A stretch of 64,000 nucleotides of DNA, from NCBI GenBank assembly GCA_030390025.1, contig CM059432.1, positions 146,632,001-146,696,000 on the forward strand, given 5' to 3'. The notes below the pieces were generated by a model. The model saw only the letters and a program-made list of their open reading frames with translations. It did no database searches and had not been told where the DNA came from. Of this stretch, positions 24,601-39,600 are shown piece after piece. This stretch comes from Squalus acanthias (lineage: Eukaryota). A program made the position numbers and the translations under genes. How positions within the stretch are numbered: position 1 is the first letter of the stretch; the number at the start of each line of letters is the position of its first letter.

Positions 24601-27600
24601 ACATAGTGATACCAGTGTGTCTCATTTCACATAGTGATACCAGTGTGCAACATTTAACACAGTGATACCATTGTGTCTGATTTAACATAGTGATACCAGT
24701 GTGCAACATTTAACACAGTGATACCAGTGTGTCTGATTTAACATGGTGATACCAGTGTGCAACATTTAACACAGTGATACCAGTGTGTCTCATTTAACAT
24801 AGTGATACCAGTGTGCCTCATGTAACATAGTGATACCAGTGTGCCTCATTTAACATAGTGATACTAGTGTGTCTCATTTAACAAAGTGATACCAGTGTGC
24901 CTCATTTAACATAGTGATACCAGTGTGTCTCATTTAACATAGTGATACTAGTGTGTCTCATTTAACAAAGTGATACCAGTGTGCCTCATTTAACATAGTG
25001 ATACCAGTGTGCAACATTTAACATAGTGATACCAGTGTGCCTCATTTATCATAGTGATACCAGTGTGCAACATTTAACAGTGATACCAGTGTGCAGCATT
25101 TAACACAGTGATACCAGTGTGTCTGATTTAACATAGTGATACCAGTGTGCAACATTTAACAGTGTTAACAGTGTGCAACATTTAACATAGTGATACCAGT
25201 GTGCAACATTTAACATAGTGATACCAGTGTGTCTCATTTAACAAAGTGATACCAGTGTGCAACATTTAACAAAGTGATACCAGTGTGCAACATTTAACAT
25301 CGTGATACCAGTGTGCAACATTTAACATAGTGAAACCAGTGTGTCTCATTTAACTTACTGATACCAGTGTGCAACATTTAACAAAGTGATACCAGTGTGC
25401 AACATTTAACATCGTGATACCAGTGTGCCTCATTTAACATAGTGATACCAGTGTGCAACATTTAAGAAAGTGATACCAGTGTGCCTCATTTAACATAGTG
25501 ATACCAGTGTGCAACATTTAACATAGTGATACCAGTGTGCAACATTTAACATAGTGATACCAGTGTGTCTCATTTATCATAGTGATACCAGTGTGCAACA
25601 TTTAACATAGTGATACCAGTGTGTCTCATTTATCATAGTGATACAAGTGTGCAACATTTAACATAGTGATACCAGTGTGCAACATTTAACAAAGTGATAC
25701 CAGTGTCCCTCTTTTAACATTGTGATACCAGTGTGTCTCATGTATCATAGTGATACAAGTGTGCAACATTTAACATAGTGATACCAGTGTGCAACATATA
25801 ACACAGTGATACCAGTGTGCAACATTTAACCTAGTGATACCAGTGTGCAACATTTTACCTAGTGATACCAGTGAGTCTCATTTAACACAGTGATACCAGT
25901 GTGCAACATTTAACATAGTGATACCAGTGTGCAACATTTAACATAGTGATACCAGTGTGCAACATTTAACCTAGTGATAACAGTGAGTCTCATTTAACAC
26001 AGTGATACCAGTGTGCAACATTTAACATAGTGATACCAGTGTGCAACATTTAACACAGTGATACCAGTTTGTCTCATTTAAAACAGTGTTACCAGTGTGT
26101 CTCATTTAACATAGTGATACCAGTGTGCAACATTTAACATGGTGATACCAGTGTGCCTCATTTAACATAGTGATACCAGTGTGTCTCATTTAACATAGTG
26201 ATACCAATAAGTCTCATTAAACATAGTGATATCAGTAAGTCTCATTTAACATAGTGATACCAGTGTGTCTCATTTAACATAGCGATACCAGTGTGCCTCA
26301 TTTAACATAGTGATACCAGTGTGTCTCAGTTAACATAGTGATACCAGTGTGCAACATTTAACATAGTGATACCAATAAGTCTCATTAAACATAGTGATAT
26401 CAGTAAGTCTCATTTAAAATAGTGATACCAGTGTGTCTCATTGAACATAGTGATACCAGTGTGTAACATTTAACATATTGATACCAATAAGTCTCATTAA
26501 ACATAGTGATACCAGTGTGCCTCATTTAACACAGTGATACCAGAAAGTCTCATTTACAATAGTGATTCCAGTTTGTCTCATTTAAAATAGTAATACCAGT
26601 GTGTCTGATTTAACATAGTGATACCAGTGTGCCTCATTTAACATAGTGATACCAATAAGTCTCATTAAACATAGTGATACCAGTAAGTCTCATTTAACAT
26701 AGTGATACCAGTGTGCAACATTTAACATAGTGATATCAGTAAGTATCATTTAAATAGTGATACCAGTGTGCAACATTTAACATAGTGATATCACTAAGTC
26801 TAATTTAACATAGCGATACCAGTGTGCAACACTTAATATCATGATACCAGTGTGCAACATTTAACCTAATGATACCAGTGTGTCTCATTTAACATAGTGA
26901 TACCAGTGTGTCTCATTTAACATATTGATACCAGTGTGCAACATTTAACCAAGTGATACCAGTGTGCTTCAGTTAACATAATGATACCATTTTGCCTGAT
27001 TCGTCATACTGTGAGACTAGTGTGCATCAATTAACAAAGCAATAATATATAGCGCATTTCAGACAATGTGAGACCAGTGTACCTCAATTAAGGAAGTGAT
27101 ACCAGTGTGCAACCGTTAACATAATGATACCAGTGTGTCTCATTTAGCAAAGTGATAGCAGTGAGTCTCATTTAACATAGTGATACCAGTGTGCAACATT
27201 TACAATAGTGATACCAGTGTGTCTCATTTAACATTGTGATACCAGTGTGTCTCATTTAACATAGTGATACCAGTGTGCAACAGTTAACATAGTGATACCA
27301 GTGTGCAACAGTTAACATAATGATACCAGTGTGCAACATTTAACATAGTGATAATATTGTGCAACATTTAACATAGTGATACCAGCGTGTATCATTTAAC
27401 AGAGTGATACCAGTGTGTCTCATTTAACTTAGTGATACCAGTGTGTCTCATTTAACATAGTAATACCAGTGTGTCTCATTTAACTTAGTGATACCAGTGT
27501 GTCTCATTTAACATAGTGATACCAGTAAGTCTCATTTAACATAGTGATATCAGTGTGCAACATTTAACATAGTGATACCAGTGTGTCTCATTTAACATAG

Positions 27601-30600
27601 TGATACCAGTGTGTCTCATTTAACATAGTGATACCAGTGTGCAACAGTTGACATCGTGAAACCAGTGTGCAACAGTTAACATAGTGATACAAGTGTGTCT
27701 CATTTAACATAGTGATACTAGTGAGTCTCATTTAACATAGTGATACCAGTGTGTCTCATTTAACATAGTGATACCAGTGTGCAATATTTAACATAGTGAT
27801 AACAGTGTAAAACATTTAACATAGTGATACCAGTGTGCAACAGTTAACATAGTGATACCAGTGTGCAACATTTAACATAGTGATAACAGTGTGTCTTGTT
27901 TAACATAATGATACCAGTGTGTCTCATTTAACATAGTGATACCAGTGAGTCTCATTTAACATAGTGATACCAGTGAGTCTCATTTAACATTGTGATACCA
28001 GTGTGTCTCATTTAACATAATGATACCAGTGTGTCTCATTTAACATAGTGATACCAGTGTGCAATAGTTGACATAGTGATACCAGTGTGCAATAGTTAAC
28101 ATAGTGATACCAGTGTGTCTCATTTAACATAGTGATACCAGTGTGTCTCATTTAACATAGTGATACCAGTGTTTCTCATTTAACATAGTGATACCAGTGT
28201 GCAATAGTTAACATAGTGATACCAGTGTGTCTCATTTAACATAATGATACCAGTGTGTCTCATTTAACACAGTAATACCAGTGAGTCTCATTTAACATAG
28301 TGATACCAGTGTGCAACATTGAACATAGTGATACCAGTGTGCAAAAGTTAACATAGTGATACCAGTGTGCCTGATTTAACATAGTGATACCAGTGTGTCT
28401 CATTTAACATAGTGATACCAGCGTGCAACATTTAACATAGTGATACCAGTGTGCAACAGTTGACATAGTGATACCAGTGTCTCTCATTTAACATAGTGAT
28501 ACCAGTGTGCAACATTTAACACAGTGATACCAGTGTGTCTCATTTAACATAATGATGCCAGTGTGTCTCATTTAACATAGTGATACCAGTGAGTCTCATT
28601 TAACATAGTGATACCAGTGTGCGATAGTTAACATAGTGATACCAGTGTGCAATAGTTAACATAGTGATACCAGTGTGCCTCATTTAACATAGTGATACAA
28701 GTGAGTCTCTTTTAACATAGTGATACCAGTGAGTCTCATTTAACATAGTGATACCAGTGTGTCTCATTTAACATAATGATACCAGTGTGTCTCATTTAAC
28801 ATAGTGATACCAGTGTGCAATAGTTAACATAGTGATACCAGTGAGTCTCATTTAACATAGTGATACCAGTGTGCAATAGTTGACATAGTGATACCAGTGT
28901 GCAATAGTTAACATAGTGATACCAGTGTGCCTCATTTAACATAGTGACACCAGTGAGTCTCATTTAACATAGTGATACCAGTGAGTCTCATTTAACATAG
29001 TGATACCAGTGTGTCTCATTTAACATCATGATACCAGTGTGCAATAGTTAACATAGTGATAACAGTGTGTCTCATTTAACATAATGATACCAGTGTGTCT
29101 CATTTAACATAGTGATACCAGTGAGTCTCATTTAACATAGTGATACCAGTGTGCAATAGTTGACATAGTGATACCAGTGTGCAATAGTTAACATAGTGAT
29201 ACCAGTGTGTCTCATTTAACATAGTGATACCAGTGTGTCTCATTTAACATAGTGATACCAGTGTGCCTCATTTTACATAGTGATACCAGTGTGTCTCATT
29301 TAACATAGTGATACCAGTGTGCAATAGTTAACATAGTGATACCAGTGTGTCTCATTTAACATAATGATACCAGTGTGTCTCATTTAACACAGTAATACCA
29401 GTGAGTCTCATTTAACATAGTGATACCACTGTGCAACATTTAACATAGTGATACCAGTGTGCCTCATTTAACATAGTGATACCAGTGTGTCTCATTTAAC
29501 ATAGTGATACCAGTGTGTCTCATTTATCATAGTGATACCAGTGTGCAACAGTTAACATAGTGATACCAGCGTGCAACATTTAACATAGTGATACCAGTGT
29601 GCAACAGTTGACATAGTGATACCAGCGTGCAACATTTAACATAGTGATACCAGTGTGCAACAGTTGACATAGTGATACCAGTGTCTCTCATTTAACATAG
29701 TGATACCAGTAAGTCTCATTCAACATAGTGATACCAGTGTGCCTCATTTAACACAGTGATACCAGTGTGTCTCATTTAACATAATGATACCAGTGTGTCT
29801 CATTTAACATAGTGATACCAGTGAGTCTCATTTAACATAGTGATACCAGTGTGCGATAGTTAACATAGTGATACCAGTGTGCAATAGTTAACATAGTGAT
29901 ACCAGTGTGCCTCATTTAACATAGTGATACCAGTGTGCAACTGTTAACATAGTGATACCAGTGTGCAACAGTTGACATAGTGATACCAGTGTGCATCAGT
30001 TAACACAGTGATACCAGTGTGCAACATTTAACATAGTGAGACCAGTGTGTCTCAATCAACATAGTGATACCAGTGTGTCTCATTCAACATAGTGATACCA
30101 GTGCGTCTCATTCAACATAGTGATACCAGCGTGCAACATTTAACATAGTGATACTAGTGTGCAACAGTTAACACAGTGATACCAGTGTCTCTCGTTTAAC
30201 ATAGTGATACCAGTGTGTCTCATTTAACATTGTGATACCAGTGTGTCTCATTTAACATAATGATTACATTTTGCCTCATTCAACATACTGTGAGACTAGT
30301 GTGCATCAATTAACAAAGCAATAATATATAGCTCCTTTCAGACAATGTGAGACCAGTGTACCTCAATTAAGGTAGTGATACCAGTGTGCAACCGTTAACA
30401 TAATGATACCAGCCTGTCTCATTTAGCACAGTGATACCAGTGAGTCTCAGTTAACACAGTGATACCAGTGTGCAACATTTAACATAGTGATACCAGTGTG
30501 TCTCATTTAACATCGTGATACCAGTGTGTCTCATTTAACATAGTGATACCAGTGTGCAACATTTAACATAGTGAAACCAGTGTGCAACAGTTAACATAAT

Positions 30601-33600
30601 GATACCAGTGTGCAACATTTAACATAGTGATAACATTGTGCAACATTTAACCTACTGATACCAGCGTGTATCATTTAACATAGTGATACCAGTGTGCAAC
30701 ATTTAACATAGTGATACCAGTGTGTCTTATTTAACTTAGTGATACCAGTGTGTCTCATTTAACATAGTGATACCAGTGTGCAACGTTTAACATAGTGATA
30801 CCAGTGTATCTCATTTAACATAGTGATATCAGTGTGCAACATTTAACATAGTGATACCAGTGTGTCTCATTTAACATAGTGATACCAGTGTGCAACTGTT
30901 GACACCGTGAAACCAGTGTGCAACATTTAACATAGTGATACCACTGTGTCTCATTTAACATAGTGATACCAGTGTGCAACACTTAACATAGTGATACCAG
31001 TGTGTCTCATTTAACATAGTGATATCAGTGTGCAACATTTAACATAGTGATACCAGTGTGTCTCATTTAACATAGTGATACAAGTGTGCCACATTTAACA
31101 TAGTGATACCAGTGTGGCTCATTTAACTTAATGATACCATTTTGCCTCATTCAACATACTGTGAGACTAGTGTGCATCAATTAACAAAGCAATAATATAT
31201 AGCTCCTTTCAGACAATGTGAGACCAGTGTGCCTCAATTAAGAAAGTGATACCAGTGTGCAACCGTTAACATAATGATACCAGTGTGTCTCATTTAACAC
31301 AGTAATACCAGTGAGTCTCATTTAACATAGTGATACTAGTAAGTCTCATTTAACATAGTGATACCAGTGTGCAACATTTAACATAGTGATAACGGAGTAC
31401 AACATTTAACATAGTGATAACAGTGTGTCTTGTTTAACATAATGATACCAGTGTGCCTCATTTAACATAGTGATACCAGTGTGTCTCATTTAACATAGTG
31501 ATACCAGTGTGCAACAGTTAACATAGTGATACCAGTGTGCAATAGTTGACATAGTGATACCAGTGTGCAATAGTTAACATAGTGATACCAGTGTGCCTCA
31601 TTTAACATAGTGATACCAGTGTGCAAAAGTTAACATAGTGATACCAGTGTGCCTCATTTAACATAGTGATACCAGTGTGTCTCATTTAACACAGTGATAC
31701 CAGTGTGTCTCATTTAACATAGTGATACCAGTGTGTCTCATTTAACATAGTGATACCAGTGAGTCTCATTTAACATAGTGATACCAGTGTGCAATAGTTG
31801 ACATAGTGATACCAGTGTGCAATAGTTGACATAGTGATACCAGTGTGCAATAGTTAACATAGTGATACCAGTGTGTCTCATTTAACATAGTGATACCAGT
31901 GTGTCTCATTTAACATAGTGATACCAGTGTGTCTCATTTAACATAGTGATACCAGTGTGCAATAGGAAACATAGTGATACCAGTGTGTCTCATTTAACAT
32001 AATGATACCAGTGTGTCTCATTTAACACAGTAATACCAGTGAGTCTCATTTAACATAGTGATACTAGTGAGTCTCATTTAACATAGTGATACCAGTGTGC
32101 AACATTTAACATAGTGATAACGGATTACAACATTTAACATAGTGATAACAGTGTGTCTTGTTTAACATAATGATACCAGTGTGCAAAAGTTAACATAGTG
32201 ATACCAGTGTGTCTCATTTAACATAGTGATACCAGTGTGCAAAAGTTAACATAGTGATACCAGTGTGCCTCATTTAACATAGTGATACCAGTGTGTCTCA
32301 TTTAACATAGTGATACCAGTGTGCAACAGTTAACATAGTGATACCAGTGTGCCTCATTTAACACAGTGATACCAGTGTGCAAAAGTTAACATAGTGATAA
32401 CAGTGTGCCTCATTTAACATAGTGATACCAGTGTGCAACAGTTAACACAGTGATACCAGTGTGCCACATTTAACATAGTGAGACCAGTGTGTCTCATTCA
32501 ACATAGTGATACCAGTGTGTCTCATTCAACATAGTGATACCAGTGCGTCTCATTCAACATAGTGATACCAGTGTGTCTCATTCAACATAGTGATACCAGT
32601 GTGCAACAGTTAACATAGTGATACCAGCGTGCAACATTTAACATAGTGATACCAGTGTGCAACAGTTAACACAGTGATACCAGTGTCTCTCCTTTAACAT
32701 AGTGATACCAGTGTGTCTCCTTTAACATAGTGATACCAGTGTGTCTCATTTAACATTGTGATACCAGTGTGTCTCATTTAACATAATGATTACATTTTGC
32801 CTCATTCAACATACTGTGAGACTAGTGTGCATCAATTAACAAAGCAATAATATATAGCTCCTTTCAGACAATGTGAGACCAGTGTGCCTCAATTAAGGAA
32901 GTGATACCAGTGTGCAACCGTTAACATAATGATACCAGCCTGTCTCAATTAGCACAGTGATACCAGTGAGTCTCAGTTAACACAGCGATACCAGTGTGCA
33001 ACATTTAACATAGCGATACCAGTGTGTCTCATTTAACATCGTGATACCAGTGTGTCTCATTTAACATAGTGATACCAGTGTGCAACAGTTAACATACTGA
33101 TACCAGTGTGCAACAGATAACATAATGATACCAGTGTGCAACATTTAACATAGTGATAACATTGTGCAACATTTAACCTACTGATACCAGCGTGTATCAT
33201 TTAACATAGTGATACCAGTGTGCAACATTTAACATAGTGATACCAGTGTGTCTTATTTAACTTCGTGATACCAGTGTGTCTCATTTAACATAGTGATACT
33301 AGTGTGCAACGTTTAACATAGTAATACCAGTGTGCCTCATTTATCATAGTGATACCAGTGTGCAACATTTAACATAGTGATACCAGTGTATCTCATTTAA
33401 CATAGTGATATCAGTGTGCAACATTTAACATAGTGATACCAGTGAGACTCATTTAACTTAATGATACCATTTTGCCTCATTCAACATACTGTGAGACGAG
33501 TGTGCATCAATTAACAAAGCAATAATATATAGCTCCTTTCAGACAATGTGAGACCAGTGTGCCTCAATTAAGAAAGTGATACCAGTGTGCAACCATTAAC

Positions 33601-36600
33601 ATAATGATACCAGTGTGTCTCATTTAACACAGTAATACCAGTGAGTCTCATTTAACATAGTGATACTAGTGAGACTCATTTAACATAGTGATACCAGTGT
33701 GCAACATTTAACATAGTGATAACGGAGTACAACATTTAACATAGTGATAACAGTGTGTCTTGTTTAACATAATGATACCAGTGTGTCTCATTTAACATAG
33801 TGATAGCAGTGTGCAAAAGTTAACATAGTGATACCAGTGTGCCTCATTTAACATAGTGATACCAGTGTGTCTCATTTAACATAGTGATACCAGTGTGCAA
33901 CAGTTAACATAGTGATACCAGTGTGCAATAGTTGACATAGTGATACCAGTGTGCAATAGTTAACATAGTGATACCAGTGTGCCTCATTTAACATAGTGAT
34001 ACCAGTGTGCAAAAGTTAACATAGTGATACCAGTGTGCCTCATTTAACATAGTGATACCAGTGTGTCTCATTTAACATAGTGATACCAGTGTGCAACAGT
34101 TAACATAGTGATACCAGTGTGTCTCATTTAACATAGTGATACCAGTGTGCAACAGTTAACATACTGATACCAGTGTGTCTCATTTAACACAGTGATAACA
34201 GTGTGCAACAGTTAACATAGTGATACCAGTGTCTCTCATTTAACATAGTGATACCAGTGTGTCTCATTTAACATAGTGATACCAGTGTGCCTCATTTAAC
34301 ATAGTGATACCAGTGTGTCTCATTTAACATAGTGATACCAGTGTGTCTCATTTAACATAATGATACCAGTGTGCAACAGTTAACATAGTGATACCAGTGT
34401 GCCTCATTTAACATAGTGATACCAGTGTGCAAAAGTTAACATAGTGATAACAGTGTGCCTCATTTAACATAGTGATACCAGTGTGCAACAGTTAACACAG
34501 TGATACCAGTGTGCCACATTTAACATAGTGAGACCAGTGTGTCTCATTCAACATAGTGATACCAGTGTGTCTCATTCAATATAGTGATACCAGTGCGTCT
34601 CATTCAACATAGTGATACCAGTGTGTCTCATTCAACATAGTGATACCAGTGTGCAACAGTTAACATAGTGATACCAGCGTGCAACATTTAACATAGTGAT
34701 ACCAGTGTGCAACAGTTAACACAGTGATACCAGTGTCTCTCCTTTAACATAGTGATACCAGTGTGTCTCCTTTAACATAGTGATACCAGTGTGTCTCATT
34801 TAACATTGTGATACCAGTGTGTCTCATTTAACATAATGATTACATTTTGCCTCATTCAACATACTGTGAGACTAGTGTGCTTCAATTAACAAAGCAATAA
34901 TATATAGCTCCTTTCAGACAATGTGAGACCAGTGTGCCTCAATTAAGGAAGTGATACCAGTGTGCAACCGTTAACATAATGATACCAGCCTGTCTCAATT
35001 AGCACAGTGATACCAGTGAGTCTCAGTTAACACAGCGATACCAGTGTGCAACATTTAACATAGCGATACCAGTGTGTCTCATTTAACATCGTGATACCAG
35101 TGTGTCTCATTTAACATAGTGATACCAGTGTGCAACAGTTAACATACTGATACCAGTGTGCAACAGATAACATAATGATACCAGTGTGCAACATTTAACA
35201 TAGTGATAACATTGTGCAACATTTAACCTACTGATACCAGCGTGTATCATTTAACATAGTTATACCAGTGTGCAACATTTAACATAGTGATACCAGTGTG
35301 TCTTATTTAACTTCGTGATACCAGTGTGTCTCATTTAACATAGTGATACTAGTGTGCAACGTTTAACATAGTAATACCAGTGTGCCTCATTTATCATAGT
35401 GATACCAGTGTGCAACATTTAACATAGTGATACCAGTGTATCTCATTTAACATAGTGATATCAGTGTGCAACATTTAACATAGTGATACCAGTGAGACTC
35501 ATTTAACTTAATGATACCATTTTGCCTCATTCAACATACTGTGAGACGAGTGTGCATCAATTAACAAAGCAATAATATATAGCTCCTTTCAGACAATGTG
35601 AGACCAGTGTGCCTCAATTAAGAAAGTGATACCAGTGTGCAACCGTTAACATAATGATACCAGTGTGTCTCATTTAACACAGTAATACCAGTGAGTCTCA
35701 TTTAACATAGTGATACTAGTGAGACTCATTTAACATAGTGATACCAGTGTGCAACATTTAACATAGTGATAACGGAGTACAACATTTAACATAGTGATAA
35801 CAGTGTGTCTTGTTTAACATAATGATACCAGTGTGTCTCATTTAACATAGTGATAGCAGTGTGCAAAAGTTAACATAGTGATACCAGTGTGCCTCATTTA
35901 ACATAGTGATACCAGTGTGTCTCATTTAACATAGTGATACCAGTGTGCAACAGTTAACATAGTGATACCAGTGTGCAATAGTTGACATAGTGATACCAGT
36001 GTGCAATAGTTAACATAGTGATACCAGTGTGCCTCATTTAACATAGTGATACCAGTGTGCAAAAGTTAACATAGTGATACCAGTGTGCCTCATTTAACAT
36101 AGTGATACCAGTGTGTCTCATTTAACATAGTGATACCAGTGTGCAACAGTTAACATAGTGATACCAGTGTGTCTCATTTAACATAGTGATACCAGTGTGC
36201 AACAGTTAACATACTGATACCAGTGTGTCTCATTTAACACAGTGATAACAGTGTGCAACAGTTAACATAGTGATACCAGTGTCTCTCATTTAACATAGTG
36301 ATACCAGTGTGTCTCATTTAACATAGTGATACCAGTGTGCCTCATTTAACATAGTGATACCAGTGTGTCTCATTTAACATAGTGATACCAGTGTGTCTCA
36401 TTTAACATAATGATACCAGTGTGCAATAGTTAACATAGTGATACCAGTGTGTCTCATTTAACATAATGATACCAGTGTGTCTCATTTAACATAGTGATAC
36501 CAGTGAGTCTCATTTAACATAGTGATACCAGTGTGCAATAGTTGACATAGTGAAACCAGCGTGCAACATTTAACATAGTGATACCAGTGTGCAACAGTTG

Positions 36601-39600
36601 ACATAGTGATACCAGTGTCTCTCATTTAACATAGTGATACCAGTAAGTCTCATTCAACATAGTGATACCAGTGTGCCTCATTTAACACAGTGATACCAGT
36701 GTGTCTCATTTAACATAATGATACCAGTGTGTCTCATTTAACATAGTGATACCAGTGAGTCTCATTTAACATAGTGATACCAGTGTGCAATAGTTAACAT
36801 AGTGATACCAGTGTGCCTCATTTAACATAGTGATACCAGTGTGCAACTGTTAACATAGTGATACCAGTGTGCAACAGTTGACATAGTGATACCAGTGTGC
36901 AACAGTTAACACAGTGATACCAGTGTGCCACATTTAACATAGTGAGACCAGTGTGTCTCATTCAACATAGTGATACCAGTGTGTCTCATTCAACATAGTG
37001 ATACCAGTGCGTCTCATGCAACATAGTGATACCAGTGTGTCTCATTCAACATAGTGATACCAGTGTGCAACAGTTAACATAGTGATACCAGCGTGCAACA
37101 TTTAACATAGTGATACCAGTGTGCAACAGTTAACACAGTGATACCAGTGTCTCTCGTTTAACATAGTGATACCAGTGTGTCTCATTTAACATAGTGATAC
37201 CAGTGTGTCTCATTTAACATAGTGATACCAGTGTGCCTCATTTAACACAGTGATACCAGTGTGTCTCATTTAACATAGTGATACCAGTGTGTCTCATTTA
37301 ACATAATGATACCAGTGTGCAATAGTTAACATAGTGATACCAGTGTGTCTCATTTAACATAATGATACCAGTGTGTCTCATTTAACATAGTGATACCAGT
37401 GAGTCTCATTTAACATAGTGATACCAGTGTGCAATAGTTGACATAGTGATACCAGTGTGCAATAGTTAACATAGTGATACCAGTGTGTCTCATTTAACAT
37501 AGTGATACCAGTGTGTCTCATTTAACATAATGATACCAGTGTGTCTCATTTAACACAGTAATACCAGTGAGTCTCATTTAAAATAGTGATACCAGTGTGC
37601 AACATTTAACATAGTGATAACGGAGTACAACATTTAACATAGTGATACCAGTGTGTCTCATTTAACATAGTGATACCAGTGTGCCTCATTTAACATAGTG
37701 ATACCAGTGTGTCTCATTTAACATAGTGATACCAGTGTGCAACAGTTAACATAGTGATACCGGCGTGCAACATTTAACATAGTGATACCAGTGTGCAACA
37801 GTTGACATAGTGATACCAGTGTCTCTCATTTAACATAGTGATACCAGTAAGTCTCATTCAACATAGTGATACCAGTGTGTCTCATTTAACATAGTGATAC
37901 CAGTGTGCAACAGTTAACATAGTGATACCAGCGTGCAACATTTAACATAGTGATACCAGTGTGCAACAGTTGACATAGTGATACCAGTGTCTCTCATTTA
38001 ACATAGTGATACCAGTAAGTCTCATTCAACATAGTGATACCAGTGTGCAACATTTAACATAGTGATACCAGTGTGTCTCATTTAACATAGTGATACCAGT
38101 GTGCAACTGTTGACACCGTGAAACCAGTGTGCAACATTTAACATAGTGATACCACTGTGTCTCATTTAACATAGTGATACCAGTGTGCAACACTTAACAT
38201 AGTGATACCAGTGTGTCTCATTTAACATAGTGATATCAGTGTGCAACATTTAACATAGTGATACCAGTGTGTCTCATTTAACATAGTGATACAAGTGTGC
38301 CACATTTAACATAGTGATACCAGTGTGGCTCATTTAACTTAATGATACCATTTTGCCTCATTCAACATACTGTGAGACTAGTGTGCATCAATTAACAAAG
38401 CAATAATATATAGCTCCTTTCAGACAATGTGAGACCAGTGTGCCTCAATTAAGAAAGTGATACCAGTGTGCAACCGTTAACATAATGATACCAGTGTGTC
38501 TCATTTAACACAGTAATACCAGTGAGTCTCATTTAACATAGTGATACTAGTAAGTCTCATTTAACATAGTGATACCAGTGTGCAACATTTAACATAGTGA
38601 TAACGGAGTACAACATTTAACATAGTGATAACAGTGTGTCTTGTTTAACATAATGATACCAGTGTGCCTCATTTAACATAGTGATACCAGTGTGTCTCAT
38701 TTAACATAGTGATACCAGTGTGCAACAGTTAACATAGTGATACCAGTGTGCAATAGTTGACATAGTGATACCAGTGTGCAATAGTTAACATAGTGATACC
38801 AGTGTGCCTCATTTAACATAGTGATACCAGTGTGCAAAAGTTAACATAGTGATACCAGTGTGCCTCATTTAACATAGTGATACCAGTGTGTCTCATTTAA
38901 CACAGTGATACCAGTGTGTCTCATTTAACATAGTGATACCAGTGTGTCTCATTTAACATAGTGATACCAGTGAGTCTCATTTAACATAGTGATACCAGTG
39001 TGCAATAGTTGACATAGTGATACCAGTGTGCAATAGTTGACATAGTGATACCAGTGTGCAATAGTTAACATAGTGATACCAGTGTGTCTCATTTAACATA
39101 GTGATACCAGTGTGTCTCATTTAACATAGTGATACCAGTGTGTCTCATTTAACATAGTGATACCAGTGTGCAATAGGAAACATAGTGATACCAGTGTGTC
39201 TCATTTAACATAATGATACCAGTGTGTCTCATTTAACACAGTAATACCAGTGAGTCTCATTTAACATAGTGATACTAGTGAGTCTCATTTAACATAGTGA
39301 TACCAGTGTGCAACATTTAACATAGTGATAACGGATTACAACATTTAACATAGTGATAACAGTGTGTCTTGTTTAACATAATGATACCAGTGTGCAAAAG
39401 TTAACATAGTGATACCAGTGTGTCTCATTTAACATAGTGATACCAGTGTGCAAAAGTTAACATAGTGATACCAGTGTGCCTCATTTAACATAGTGATACC
39501 AGTGTGTCTCATTTAACATAGTGATACCAGTGTGCAACAGTTAACATAGTGATACCAGTGTGCCTCATTTAACACAGTGATACCAGTGTGCAAAAGTTAA

